A DNA stretch of 64,000 bases, from IMG/VR virus record IMGVR_UViG_3300014204_000145, positions 1-64,000 of that record; one strand, given 5' to 3'. Of the stretch, positions 37,853 to 48,160 are shown piece by piece (within the stretch, counting starts at the first letter, position 1; every line of letters begins with the position of its first letter). Under the pieces are notes generated by a model, which saw nothing but the letters and a program-made list of their open reading frames with translations, had not been told where the DNA came from and did not search any database. The translations under genes were made by a program, and so were the position numbers. This DNA comes from a virus. Taxonomy: Duplodnaviria; Caudoviricetes.

Positions 37853-38092
37853 TCATATACACTGTAATATTTGTTCGTAGTAAAAATCATACCAATAGTT
37901 AAACCTATCTTGGATTTCTTCTGTATAAGTTAGTTCTGTTGCTTCTATATCTAGAAACATATCGTCTTCATTATTACAAATATCTCCGCTTTCATAAAGA
38001 GTTCTTGTATGAGCTAAATTACTTGTGATTTCTACTAGATTGATTTCTGTATCCACTATTTCAGATATTTTTCTTCCATTTGTTTCATCCAA
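37853..38092 (-). CDS. Small acidic hypothetical protein
   Basis: YTEEIQDRFNYWYDFY motif; ORF in string. Confidence 0.55.
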   Translation of the reverse strand: MDETNGRKISEIVDTEINLVEITSNLAHTRTLYESGDICNNEDDMFLDIEATELTYTEEIQDRFNYWYDFYYEQILQCI

Positions 38093-38466
38093 TTTTCTAC
38101 ATCAAAACTTGCATCCATTTGAGATAAAATCAAATCATTTTTAATATCTCTTATGTTAGGCATATGAGGCAATCTACTAACTTCTTCATTGATAAATTTG
38201 CTTGTTTGTCTTTCAACAGCATCATCACCACTATAAAGATATGTATAGATATCTTCTCTTTTACATAAAACTTTTAATTGAGTATCTAATTCTTCTTCTT
38301 GTTTTCTTAATGCAAGATATTTTGTATTCAATTCTAAAATTTTCTTTTGTGCAGCATTAGGTTTAAAATTTTCACGTACTTTCTTTTCTCTGTCAGCACT
38401 GAACTCTTTCATCCTTTGCTCAAACTTATATAGTAGAGCATTTATTTGGTCTTTTGTAATTTTCAT
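38056..38466 (-). CDS. Hypothetical coiled-coil protein
   Basis: ORF in string. Confidence 0.6.
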   Translation of the reverse strand: MKITKDQINALLYKFEQRMKEFSADREKKVRENFKPNAAQKKILELNTKYLALRKQEEELDTQLKVLCKREDIYTYLYSGDDAVERQTSKFINEEVSRLPHMPNIRDIKNDLILSQMDASFDVENWMKQMEEKYLK

Positions 38467-39239
38467 AATATATTGTATTTAATTAATAATTGTTTTACTT
38501 TTTCTATAAGTTCTTCTTTAGAACCTGTATTTTCTATAATTTCATCAAATTGATAATTATCTAAAGCTGTCTCCGATTCATGAAGTGAACCTAAATCTAA
38601 TGGTGATTTAAAGAGTCTATTTATTCTAATAGTTATCCCACCTCTACTTTTAATTGCATCAGCTTCATTGATAAATCTCATATCAGATAATACCCAATCA
38701 TCTCCTTCTTCGTAATTAGCAAATCTAGCTAAGCACCAAATTTGAGGATGTGTCAAATCTCTAAATAAATCGGTTCCAACGATTTGCAAAAATTGGCGAT
38801 ACGTCATGTGAAACTTATCTACAGTAGGGTAATAAACTTCTTCTAAAGAATCTACATATTCTTGAGCTTCTTTTGTTGACAGAAATAGTTTATTAAAGAG
38901 TCCAAATTCTGTTGCATAATTTAATTTATAACAACTAAAAGGTACTAGAGTTTTCTTAAACTCTTGGTCTTCTAATTGCTTCATAGTACAACCTGTTATG
39001 ATACATACTATTTTCTTTAAGGGTTCTGCAAACTTCTTATTCTTCCATTCTGAAAACATTGTTAAATGCTTATCTTTTTGAAAATCTTCAAAAGACATAT
39101 TAGACCAATAACCATCTTTATCTATAGCAGGGTCGATGTTTTTTAATTGTGTTAAATATTGTATAATGCTGGTTACTAGGTCTTTACCCGAACCAGCTCT
39201 ACCGTTTATTCCAATTAGGTGTATTTTATTCTTTTCCAT
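38463..39239 (-). CDS. Deoxynucleoside monophosphate kinase
   Basis: GRAGSGKD, FAEPLK, RQFLQIVGTD, SDMRFINE, HESETALD motifs. Confidence 0.85.
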   Translation of the reverse strand: MEKNKIHLIGINGRAGSGKDLVTSIIQYLTQLKNIDPAIDKDGYWSNMSFEDFQKDKHLTMFSEWKNKKFAEPLKKIVCIITGCTMKQLEDQEFKKTLVPFSCYKLNYATEFGLFNKLFLSTKEAQEYVDSLEEVYYPTVDKFHMTYRQFLQIVGTDLFRDLTHPQIWCLARFANYEEGDDWVLSDMRFINEADAIKSRGGITIRINRLFKSPLDLGSLHESETALDNYQFDEIIENTGSKEELIEKVKQLLIKYNIL

Positions 39240-39243
39240 AAAT

Positions 39244-39516
39244 TTATATATTTACTTCTCTAATTTCTTTACTTGCGATTGTTCTTGAAGATATTTGTGC
39301 AGTATTTCTACTTTTAGTAACTTCTATTTTATAATTAAGCAGAGATAACTCTCTTAATTTCATTAGACAAGGATTTGCCCAATCTATAGTTTTTTCAAAC
39401 TCTTCTTTTTGTTGATTTAATTCTTTTAACTTAAAATCTATTGCTCTTAAGTTCTGTTTACTGCGACCTACTCTTTTACAAAAGTGTGCATCGTGTTGTT
39501 CTAATTTTTTCTTCAT
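39244..39516 (-). CDS. Basic hypothetical protein (90 aa)
   Basis: ORF in string. Confidence 0.5.
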   Translation of the reverse strand: MKKKLEQHDAHFCKRVGRSKQNLRAIDFKLKELNQQKEEFEKTIDWANPCLMKLRELSLLNYKIEVTKSRNTAQISSRTIASKEIREVNI

Positions 39517-39539
39517 GTTACTTATTTATAAGGTTTAAT

Positions 39540-39571
39540 AAAAAGGGTAGAAGGACTTAACCTTCTACCCT
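39540..39571 (-). terminator. Intrinsic terminator
   Basis: AGGGTAGAAGG-ACTTAA-CCTTCTACCCT 11-bp stem with U-tract on minus strand; same loop as the 17549 terminator. Confidence 0.8.
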
Positions 39572-39592
39572 GATTTTATAAATAAGCTTGTA

Positions 39593-40000
39593 TTATTTTT
39601 CTTCTTCTACTACAATAGCTAAAGTACCAAATACACCTAATAATTTTTTAAGGGTATCTACTTCTTCTTTTAAGCCATCAATTTCTGCTTGAGTTTCTGC
39701 TGCAGCATCTTCAATATCAATTAAGGTATTTAGAGCATCTTGTACGTATGTTTCAGCATAAGCTTTACGTTCACCTGATGATTTAATAGCTTCCATATCA
39801 ATTTGTACTAAAGAATCTTGGAAATCGAACATTGATTCTTCTTGAGTTTCTTTTAAAGAAGCTTTTAATTCAGCTATCTTTTTAGTTTTTAACTCGATTT
39901 GTTCTTGTACAATTTTTTCAGCATTGTCTGCGAATAATGATACACTACGTTCGTTTGAACCTTTACGGAAATTTTGAATTTGTTTTGCTAAATTTTTCAT
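39593..40000 (-). CDS. Coiled-coil protein, probable paralogue of 45883-46326
   Basis: Helical; central SLVQIDMEAIKSS…YV vs SYMTINVDSCKTS…YL similarity. Confidence 0.65.
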   Translation of the reverse strand: MKNLAKQIQNFRKGSNERSVSLFADNAEKIVQEQIELKTKKIAELKASLKETQEESMFDFQDSLVQIDMEAIKSSGERKAYAETYVQDALNTLIDIEDAAAETQAEIDGLKEEVDTLKKLLGVFGTLAIVVEEEK

Positions 40001-40093
40001 AAAATATAAAATTTAATTGTTAATAAATAAAAATGATTCTTGTTAATAAATAAAATGTTAATAATAAATTTAAAGGTTGTAAAGATAATAAAA

Positions 40094-43000
40094 TTATTTA
40101 ATCTTCCAATCTTTTTGTTCTTGTGTGAAATTAAATCTTTTCTTAGTAGATTTAACTTCTTTTACAGTAGGTTTAGGTACTGTAATAGTAGGAGCTACAA
40201 CAGATTCCCAAGGAATTTGTGTCTCAACTCTAGGTTTTTGTGTAATAGGTTGTGGTAGTTCTGCCCATGTTATCTGAGAACTTTTCTTAGAATATATAGA
40301 GCAAGGGCCTCCATATTGTAAAAATAATCTTTTCTCATCATAAGTAGCCATTCTGAAGTTAGAGAAATTATCTCCTGTCTCTCCATCAGAAAATCCTACT
40401 TTCTTACCATTAGTATTTGTAATAAAACCACCTTCTTCTAAATTGGTATGATTAGTTTTATAAACAAAATCTTCAAATATAGTAGTACCTTCATTAGTAA
40501 TACATACAACATAATTATCATCATATTCATCTAAATCGTCCCACCAATTTTTAGTTGTTGATTTAGAAGGTTTAGCTTTACCTAAATCTTTAAACCAAGC
40601 AGGCTCTGGAACTTCTGTGTAATAAGAACACTCGCACCACGAACTGTCTGTATAACTGTGTTTTTCAAAAGTACCTGCGTAATCAAAAGGAAAACTTCCT
40701 CTTCCTGTTGATAATCTAGCAACACTATTTGTAGACCATCCCGAACTTGTATACCACTTACCTACTTTACAATCTTCTAATCTTAATTGTTTAGTTTTCA
40801 CTTTTTCTACTTTTTTAAATTTTTCATGATACTTTTCAAAATGTAAAACATACCCACCTTTACAAAGAGCAACTACAAAACCATTAAATTTTTCAAAAGA
40901 TTCAATAGTAAGTTGTTCACCTATTTTCAAATACGATTTTGTATGCTTAGGATGAACAGTTTCATTACCACCTGTATCAAGGGTTTCCACTATATCTCCA
41001 ATATTAAAACCTTTACAAGTAGTAATTGTAGCTACTTTTTCAACAATTTTAGGTATAGGTACATAATCTTGAGGAATTAAAACAAAGTTTGTAATACTAT
41101 CATAAGGGTCTTTAATACTTGTAGCATAACCTCTTCCGTACTCAGGAAACTTTTTAGAATTATGGTGTTCACAACGTAACGATGTAGACTTATTCCACAA
41201 AGTTGCATAACTTTCTTCTATTTCTAAAACACCACTTACATTTTCTGTATAAATAGTAGCTGTATAAGCATCACCTGTTTTAGCTCTACTAAGCATATCA
41301 GATAAAGATTCTGTACTTTTAGTAGATTTTTCTACAACAGTCTTACTTTTACAAATATCTATTTCATCTGCTGTAGCATATCTTAATTTAGCTTCACAAG
41401 TTCCTGTAACTCTTCTAACGCCTTCTTTTGTGTACCATTGGCAGTAAGCTTTATTATAATCTGTTATTCTTAAAACTTCACCGATAGCCAGTTCAGAAGT
41501 TGAGTCATATACCCAATCTCCAATTTTGAAATCTTTTTGTTCCATTTCTTTCATAGTAGTATCAGGTTGAGGTTCAGAAGTTAAATTAAAGAAGAAACCT
41601 GTTTTAGCCTTAGTATGAAAAGCACAGTCAGAGCATAATAAACCAGTACAACCTAAGTCAGAGAGAAAACCTAATTGTCCTATACATCCGCTAAGACTTT
41701 CTCTAGGTATTTTTTCATACCAAGTTTCTAATTCTTGTTTAGATATATTTCTTTTATCTAAAATAAGTTGAGGGTTATTTTTTTCTTGAGCTACCCTAAG
41801 AAGCACATTTTCGTCTATTGTTTCCATTGCTTGTTTAGGAGTACTTTTTCTATAAGCTTTTCCAAATTCACTATCTAAGAATTCTTGAGTACAATCAAAG
41901 TAATTGTTAGGCAATCCATCAGGGCTTTCGTGTATACCATTATCATCTCCAATATAGTAATATTGATTATCATACCCTTCATATTGGTCAAAGCCCTCTG
42001 CTCCTTTATAGCCAAGAAATCTCATTAAATCCTTTCCACAACCATCAATTGTTCTAGGATTCATAGCTCCTTTATAAATTTCTGTTTTCATAAGTTTTAT
42101 ATCTTTTAACATAACTGCTTTACCTGCTTTTTCATAAACTTCTATTTCTTCTTGAGTAGCTAGTCTTAACTTAAGTTTATTACAAGTATTTGATAATTCT
42201 CCAGCTTCCCAACCGTTTTTTATCCCTCTTATATCTTTATAAAACTTCATGTATTTCTTAGAACTGTTTTCTTTTAGTTTGTAGACAGCATCTTGAGGTA
42301 TAGAATTAAACCATTGATTTGTACCATTAGGAGAACTTAGCATAACTACATAAGAGTCTTTAGGAAATACACAATCATCAATTTGAGGTTTAGATTGTTC
42401 TTCAGGTTTAGAAACTATTTCAGCCCATTTTCCTTCTTTATAGATAACTGCTGAATTTATTTCTTTTACAAAAACATTAATTTTATTTTGTCTTATGTCT
42501 GAAAACTTTTCACAAACAGCTTTTATATTAAAAAACATTGTTCTATTCTCAAGAGTACTTACAGAGGTGAAAACAGTACCATTAGTATATCTACTTTTAA
42601 TTTCGATTTCAAAAAGTTCATAGATAGGTTTAAAATCTGTTACTTCTATCCAATCAATAGCTTCACAGAATAAACCTGTTCTGAAATTACCGTCTACAAA
42701 TCCAGTATTATTATTGTCTTTAGCTTTATAAATATATTGGCTTTTACTTTTATTTACATACCAAGTATCTAATTTTAGTTCAATAGATTTATCTTCTTTT
42801 ACTTCAGCTTTATAATCTCTTATAGCATCTACAAATTTAGTAAGGTCTTCTAAGGTTTTGCACATAGGGAAATCTCCGTCTCCACGGTATCCTAATACTT
42901 CTTCTTGAAAATCTGTTTTACTAGTACTAATTTTTGCTTTAGTAAAACAAGCAGAATTATTGTTAGTAGGAGATTGTAAATAATACTCACCCACAGCTAT

Positions 43001-43330
43001 ATCAACTATATACTTTGTACCGTATAAATTAACCTTATCTCCTAATTTCAAAATATCCGTTTTAGAAATTTTCTCTCCAAAAGATAGGATTTCATTTACT
43101 GTGGTTTCTTTTTGGTCAGAGTCTATACCAAGACACCAAGTATTAAAGTACTTACTCTCATCGTTTGCACCTTTAAGTATATTATGAGAGCCTTTAAAAA
43201 CCTTATATTCTGATTCAAGTGTACCTCCAATAGAACTCCAACCGAATTCGTATAGTTTACTCCAAATTTTACTGAATATATCGAAAGTTATACTCTCGTC
43301 ATATTTTAAATATTTTCCTGTTAATGGCAT
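40094..43330 (-). CDS. Large modular protein (1078 aa) built of diverged small beta-barrel-like repeats
   Basis: Recurring F/L-K-[IV]-G-[DK]-W…R-[LYM]-A-T-x-[DE]-E motifs; Pro/Lys/Thr-rich tail. Confidence 0.7.
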   Translation of the reverse strand: MPLTGKYLKYDESITFDIFSKIWSKLYEFGWSSIGGTLESEYKVFKGSHNILKGANDESKYFNTWCLGIDSDQKETTVNEILSFGEKISKTDILKLGDKVNLYGTKYIVDIAVGEYYLQSPTNNNSACFTKAKISTSKTDFQEEVLGYRGDGDFPMCKTLEDLTKFVDAIRDYKAEVKEDKSIELKLDTWYVNKSKSQYIYKAKDNNNTGFVDGNFRTGLFCEAIDWIEVTDFKPIYELFEIEIKSRYTNGTVFTSVSTLENRTMFFNIKAVCEKFSDIRQNKINVFVKEINSAVIYKEGKWAEIVSKPEEQSKPQIDDCVFPKDSYVVMLSSPNGTNQWFNSIPQDAVYKLKENSSKKYMKFYKDIRGIKNGWEAGELSNTCNKLKLRLATQEEIEVYEKAGKAVMLKDIKLMKTEIYKGAMNPRTIDGCGKDLMRFLGYKGAEGFDQYEGYDNQYYYIGDDNGIHESPDGLPNNYFDCTQEFLDSEFGKAYRKSTPKQAMETIDENVLLRVAQEKNNPQLILDKRNISKQELETWYEKIPRESLSGCIGQLGFLSDLGCTGLLCSDCAFHTKAKTGFFFNLTSEPQPDTTMKEMEQKDFKIGDWVYDSTSELAIGEVLRITDYNKAYCQWYTKEGVRRVTGTCEAKLRYATADEIDICKSKTVVEKSTKSTESLSDMLSRAKTGDAYTATIYTENVSGVLEIEESYATLWNKSTSLRCEHHNSKKFPEYGRGYATSIKDPYDSITNFVLIPQDYVPIPKIVEKVATITTCKGFNIGDIVETLDTGGNETVHPKHTKSYLKIGEQLTIESFEKFNGFVVALCKGGYVLHFEKYHEKFKKVEKVKTKQLRLEDCKVGKWYTSSGWSTNSVARLSTGRGSFPFDYAGTFEKHSYTDSSWCECSYYTEVPEPAWFKDLGKAKPSKSTTKNWWDDLDEYDDNYVVCITNEGTTIFEDFVYKTNHTNLEEGGFITNTNGKKVGFSDGETGDNFSNFRMATYDEKRLFLQYGGPCSIYSKKSSQITWAELPQPITQKPRVETQIPWESVVAPTITVPKPTVKEVKSTKKRFNFTQEQKDWKIK

Positions 43331-43334
43331 AATT

Positions 43335-43805
43335 TTAATTTTTAATTATTAATGGTATTGGTTCATTAAAATCCAACGTATCTTCTATTGGAACTAAGAA
43401 ATCTATTCTATTCTTATACCTTTCATTCATCTTATCTTTTACTACCCACTTTCCATTTAAATTAGGATTAGCTGATAATATATTAATAGTATCATTGAAA
43501 TTATAAAAATCAAATAAATCTCTTGATAAAGCTACATATCGTAACTCATAATTATTAAGCTTTACTGCATCTATTTTAGTACCATCTGCAGTATTATTTT
43601 TAGTTAAGTGATACTTAGTACCAATTAAATAAGTATGTTCTATAGACTCAAGAGAATCTATTTCTAGTAGACACTCAAAGATTTGGTCTTTAAGTGATAG
43701 GTTTGTTTCTTTTAACTTTGTATTACTTTTATATTGTTCTGCCATTGTAATAAATGAGAATAAAAAGTATATAGCACATACATAAGTTGAAATTGCTGTT
43801 TTCAT
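43335..43805 (-). CDS. Membrane-anchored 3D-domain (Asp-Asp-Asp) cell-wall protein
   Basis: N-terminal TM, coiled linker, TADGT…VALSRDL…VVKDKM…RIDFL. Confidence 0.7.
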   Translation of the reverse strand: MKTAISTYVCAIYFLFSFITMAEQYKSNTKLKETNLSLKDQIFECLLEIDSLESIEHTYLIGTKYHLTKNNTADGTKIDAVKLNNYELRYVALSRDLFDFYNFNDTINILSANPNLNGKWVVKDKMNERYKNRIDFLVPIEDTLDFNEPIPLIIKN

Positions 43806-43895
43806 AAATAAAGTTTTAAAAACTAGTACTATGTGTATTTCCTCTTAAAAAAGACAAGGCATTATCTTTTAATTAGCCACAGTGCTAGTATATTA

Positions 43896-44042
43896 TTAAA
43901 TAAATTTTAAATTTGTAGCTATAATTAATGCTCCTAGTATAGCACCTACTATAAAAGCAATACCTAGGATAATAGCACCATATAATTCTATCTTAAATCT
44001 TACTGAATCTAATTCAGGTAGTATTTTATTGTTTCTTTTCAT
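43896..44042 (-). CDS. Small membrane protein (48 aa), below track threshold
   Basis: Manual translation; hydrophobic GAIILGIAFIVGAILGALII. Confidence 0.55.
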   Translation of the reverse strand: MKRNNKILPELDSVRFKIELYGAIILGIAFIVGAILGALIIATNLKFI

Positions 44043-44226
44043 GCATTGTCAAATATAAAGTTTTCATTAAGTCCTCATTTAATGTTAATAGTTGTTCTAT
44101 AGACATATGAGCTACTATTTCATAGTCTTCATGTCCAAAAGAGTCATGATACTTAAATAAAGTATCCATAAGTTTAATTCTAATATCTTGTTCATTCATA
44201 TTGGTTAAATATTAATTTGTTAATAG

Positions 44227-44307
44227 AACCCTCTGCAGGACTCGAACCTACATCTCCCACATGTTGTGGTACTCTAGCCAAAGTTGTTAAACTTGAGTTA
44301 AGAGGGT
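44227..44307 (-). tRNA. tRNA-like element, D-loop insertion, anticodon arm reduced to a 3-nt loop
   Basis: ACCCTCT/AGAGGGT acceptor, ACTC/GAGT D-stem, GTAGG-TTCGAGT-CCTGC T-arm; CCACA-ACA-TGTGG anticodon arm; no encoded CCA. Confidence 0.7.
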
Positions 44308-44331
44308 AATTGTTTTTATTTTTTAGCTAAT

Positions 44332-44371
44332 AAAAAAGCTCCTTGAATGTTTTAACTTAGACAAGGAGCTT
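44332..44371 (-). terminator. Intrinsic terminator
   Basis: AAGCTCCTTG…CAAGGAGCTT 10-bp stem followed by U-tract on minus strand. Confidence 0.65.
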
Positions 44372-44535
44372 CCAACTAATATTAACCAAAACTATATTTT
44401 AATTGAGAATTTTATATTTTCTCACTTTTCTACCATAAAATAGTAAACATTTACCTTCTTTAGTAGTTTCTACAGAAGGCCTAAATATTTGTATTAATAT
44501 TAAAAATATTATTAATACAACAAATAATGCTTCCA

Positions 44536-45036
44536 TTATAACTCTATTGTTTGAGTCTTAGTACAAGTTACAGTATAACCTCTTCTACGAAGTTCTGTAA
44601 CTAATTCTTCTGAAGATATAAAATCTACAGCTTTAGATACCTTTTCTTTATGGTCTTCTATAAGACTTTCTAATATCTTTTTAGAAGGTTCTAAGATAGT
44701 AGGTATCCTTTTAGTATACTTTCTCTTAGGTATAATAACAGGGGCTTTCACAATAATCGGCTCAGGGTTTTCAATACCCATTCTATTTGCTACCCACGCT
44801 TTAAAATCTTTTATTAAAGCTTCTCTGTCTCCTACATATACAGCTTGTATCTTATTTCCTTTGTCATCTGCATAGCCTCTATCTTTAAGATAAGTAAAGA
44901 TATAAGAACCATATAAAGGTCTCATAGAAGATAAAAGACTTCTTGGCATAAGTTTAAGATTACAATTGAAGTCTTTAAAAATCTCCATTAAAGCTTCTAT
45001 TTTATTGTTCTTTTTTAATATTGATTCTTTGTTCAT
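44536..45036 (-). CDS. Hypothetical protein, possibly DNA-binding
   Basis: Basic KRKYTKR patch; C-terminal ISSEELVTELRRRGY motif. Confidence 0.6.
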   Translation of the reverse strand: MNKESILKKNNKIEALMEIFKDFNCNLKLMPRSLLSSMRPLYGSYIFTYLKDRGYADDKGNKIQAVYVGDREALIKDFKAWVANRMGIENPEPIIVKAPVIIPKRKYTKRIPTILEPSKKILESLIEDHKEKVSKAVDFISSEELVTELRRRGYTVTCTKTQTIEL

Positions 45037-45040
45037 AATA

Positions 45041-45304
45041 TTATTTTTTAGTTAATTTTTTAATATTTCTATCTAAATATTGAAGTCTAGGTAACAAAGC
45101 ACCCTCTTCATAAAAGTAACCTGTTTTCTTATCATAACAAGCAGGTCTATTTTCTTGTAAATATCTTATAAGTTGAGTATACTCATCTACAGATATTTTA
45201 TTCTTGGTTAAAAGATTAGTTGTTGCATAGCACATACCCCAACCTTCCATGTAAGCATTAAGATTTTCTTTTAATAGTATTAAAAGCTCTAAATCTGTTT
45301 TCAT
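45041..45304 (-). CDS. Hypothetical protein (87 aa)
   Basis: ORF in string. Confidence 0.6.
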   Translation of the reverse strand: MKTDLELLILLKENLNAYMEGWGMCYATTNLLTKNKISVDEYTQLIRYLQENRPACYDKKTGYFYEEGALLPRLQYLDRNIKKLTKK

Positions 45305-45477
45305 AATAAATTTTATTGGTTAGGTTAATAAAAGCCTTTTACACTCATGCTTAGGAGTAGATTGTTATTCTAAATTTGATAATACAAAAAATAAGAAATC
45401 TTTAAGAATTTCATCATTAATTGGTTCAGATACACCCTTACCTTGAGAGTGTACTCTGATAATGCTATTTTCTAACA

Positions 45478-45762
45478 TTATCTTGCTAAGTAATGAAAAA
45501 TTCTTTTAGGTGTTGGTAACAAATTTACTTTTGTTATTTCACCTTTCTTATTTCTTTCATAACTGTGTGTAATAACTTGAATAGCTCTTTCAAACTTACC
45601 CATTTTATTTATAGTTAAATTGATACCTTTAGAATTCTTTCTAAATCTTTGAATAGGCTCTCTACGAGCTTTTCTATTAGGAAACTCGGATACATAACTT
45701 CTAATAATAGGATTAGTAACTTGACCTAATTCATTCATTTGGATAACATAAGGTTGATTCAT
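45478..45762 (-). CDS. Basic hypothetical protein (94 aa)
   Basis: PNRKARR motif; ORF with A-rich leader. Confidence 0.6.
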   Translation of the reverse strand: MNQPYVIQMNELGQVTNPIIRSYVSEFPNRKARREPIQRFRKNSKGINLTINKMGKFERAIQVITHSYERNKKGEITKVNLLPTPKRIFHYLAR

Positions 45763-45805
45763 AATTTTAAGTTTTTGATTTATTAATATTAATTTTAATT
45801 AGTTG

Positions 45806-45876
45806 AAGGGAGAATGGGACTCGAACCCACATATACAACGCCATCATTGCATATTTTACCATTAAACTACCTCCCT
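45806..45876 (-). tRNA. tRNA-like element with non-canonical (6- or 8-nt) anticodon loop
   Basis: AGGGAGG/TCTCCCT acceptor, D-loop AATGGTA, GTGGG-TTCGAGT-CCCAT T-arm; TGCAA-TGATGGCG-TTGTA. Confidence 0.7.
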
Positions 45877-45882
45877 TTATTT

Positions 45883-46326
45883 TTAAGCTTCTACATCTGT
45901 AGATAGAACATTTAGCAAATCTTTATACATATCTGCTGCATCATTCATTGCTTTAATTTCATCATCTTTGATTTTACCTGCATCTTCAATCTGTTTTTCA
46001 AGAGATTTAACATTTGCTATTTTATTAGAAATATTAGGTAAATAAGAAGAATCAATAAAGCTTTCTATAGCATCTGAAGTTTTGCAACTGTCTACATTAA
46101 TAGTCATATAAGACTCTTTTAATGCTGTTTTAGCATCTTCAAGCTTATCTTGTAATTTTTCTACTGTGTTTTTAGTTGTAAATTCAATATTAGCTATTGC
46201 TTGTTCAGCATTTCTAATGTTGTTATTACACTCTTTTGTTGCTCTTACTAGAACTTTAGTAACTACAGATTTGTCATCTGTTTTTAAATACGCTAGACAT
46301 TTGTCTAAGAAACTGATTTTTGCCAT
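45883..46326 (-). CDS. Coiled-coil protein, probable paralogue of 39593-40000
   Basis: See 39593-40000; also follows a repeat-module gene. Confidence 0.65.
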   Translation of the reverse strand: MAKISFLDKCLAYLKTDDKSVVTKVLVRATKECNNNIRNAEQAIANIEFTTKNTVEKLQDKLEDAKTALKESYMTINVDSCKTSDAIESFIDSSYLPNISNKIANVKSLEKQIEDAGKIKDDEIKAMNDAADMYKDLLNVLSTDVEA

Positions 46327-46348
46327 ACTATTGGTTTTAAATTAATTA

Positions 46349-47770
46349 TTAAAAGTTTTTAACTGTTGTTGTTGGAATTGAAATTTTCTTAAATTGTTGT
46401 ATTGTTTTTAAACTGTCTGTAATGCTAGAACAAGCATCTAATTTAGCTTGATATGATTGTGTATCATACTTAGCTGAGATTTTAGGTAGTTTAGGTTTTG
46501 TAATACCAGGAAATAACTCTTCTCCTCCATAGATTTGTTCTAAATCTTGTAAGGTTATTTTTTGATAAGGTCTAGGCTCAGTTATAACATTCCATTTCAT
46601 ACGGAAATGCGAATCAAACCAGCTTTTACCGTATTCATCTAATTTAGGCATACCACATTCTTCTCTAATATAAGCAGCTCTATCTCTACCATCATATACA
46701 TCAGGTTTAGGTTGTAAACCTTGTAAAGGTTCTACAAAAGTTCTAGAAACATGTAAATCATGGCCATCAGCTATTCTAAATTTAAACCCTGCAGAATCAA
46801 AGCTTTTACTTTCCCCTTTACGATATATATTAGGTAATTCAGAGTCTTCTTCTAAAACAAAAAATTCAGGGTTATTAGAGTGTTTAGAAGCTTTGTAACA
46901 TTTGTTTTTTATAAAAGCTTTGTTAGCAGCTTGATTTGCATAAGTACAAATTACATAAAATTCTTTAGGTGTTTCAATAACTTTAGCTTTTTTAAAGTCT
47001 TCTAAAGAACAATATTTACCTTGTTCAATACAATAGTCTAACCAATCTTTTTCTTCTTCTGTGGCTATTCTGCAAGTTCTATCAGAAGCATAAGAGCTTA
47101 TATGACAAAAACTTCCATTTTCTTGCATACCATCTTTATTATTTTTCTCTATACAAAAACTGTGTCTTGCTCTTGTAGGGTCAGCTTCAATCCCAAAATC
47201 ACTAATAATAAGTATAAATTCATTATAACATGCTTTTAAAACTAAATAGTCTCCTATTTTAAAACCTTCTCTTTCTAATGGAGAAACATAAGGAGTTTTT
47301 ACTGTAGGGTCAGGTATTTCATAAGCTCCTATTTCTAAATCATTATTAGCCATAGTATGATTCAAGTAAAGCTTACCTTTATCTTCAAATCTAATATCTG
47401 TGAAACTGTATTTCATACCACTTACCACAACAGCAGAGCTAATTTTACCAAACATACCAGCTCGTTTAGGAAAACAATACCATTTACCTACTTCAAATTT
47501 AGTGAGTTCTTTACCTTCACTATTATAATATTTAATAGGTTTAGGTTTTTCTGATTCTTTTAACCATTGTTCAAATTCTTGTTGGGCATCGTAACAACCC
47601 TCAGGTGTTTCAAATAAGTAGTCTATAGTAGAAGTTTTTTCTCTAATATAGTAGTGTCTTTGATAGTCTCCTTGTCCATCAAAACTTGTTTCTAATGCAC
47701 CTTTACTTTGTAAAAATTCTATTATCTTAGAGTCTTTTCTACTAGAGCCTCTTATAAATCCTTTATACAT
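46349..47770 (-). CDS. Modular repeat protein (473 aa), related to 40094-43330
   Basis: FEVGKWY, FKIGDYL, RIATEEEK motifs and an FLQSKGA…YYI module shared with the 1078-aa protein. Confidence 0.7.
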   Translation of the reverse strand: MYKGFIRGSSRKDSKIIEFLQSKGALETSFDGQGDYQRHYYIREKTSTIDYLFETPEGCYDAQQEFEQWLKESEKPKPIKYYNSEGKELTKFEVGKWYCFPKRAGMFGKISSAVVVSGMKYSFTDIRFEDKGKLYLNHTMANNDLEIGAYEIPDPTVKTPYVSPLEREGFKIGDYLVLKACYNEFILIISDFGIEADPTRARHSFCIEKNNKDGMQENGSFCHISSYASDRTCRIATEEEKDWLDYCIEQGKYCSLEDFKKAKVIETPKEFYVICTYANQAANKAFIKNKCYKASKHSNNPEFFVLEEDSELPNIYRKGESKSFDSAGFKFRIADGHDLHVSRTFVEPLQGLQPKPDVYDGRDRAAYIREECGMPKLDEYGKSWFDSHFRMKWNVITEPRPYQKITLQDLEQIYGGEELFPGITKPKLPKISAKYDTQSYQAKLDACSSITDSLKTIQQFKKISIPTTTVKNF

Positions 47771-47808
47771 AATCTTATTTTTAGTTAATAATTAGTTTAA
47801 TTGTAAAA

Positions 47809-47904
47809 ACTCTCTCCTAGCATTAATGTAGATGTGTAAACACATGAAATTACCGATTTTAATAGAATATAATACTTAATGTATAAGGAAGCGTAGGAGA
47901 GAGT
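47809..47904. ncRNA. Candidate structured RNA closed by an 11-bp perfect stem
   Basis: ACTCTCTCCTA (47809-47819) / TAGGAGAGAGT (47894-47904) in non-coding DNA. Confidence 0.4.
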
Positions 47905-48160
47905 ATGTTGTAAGAAAAAGATTAGTGATACCTATCCTTTGAGGTATAACTCATAAATCGTTTTCTTAAAGTTTTTAATGTTTTGTTTAAAATCCAAGAT
48001 TTAGTCTGATAACCTTGGGAAGAGTTGTTGTAAATTCATGAAGTTTTACTTAAGAAGCTGCACATAGCTCCTGAATAATAAATAGTCTTAATTAAGTTGT
48101 TAGGAAGTTATAATACTTCAGTACTAAGTTAATTTTGCCCATCAAAGGAAAACTATTTAC

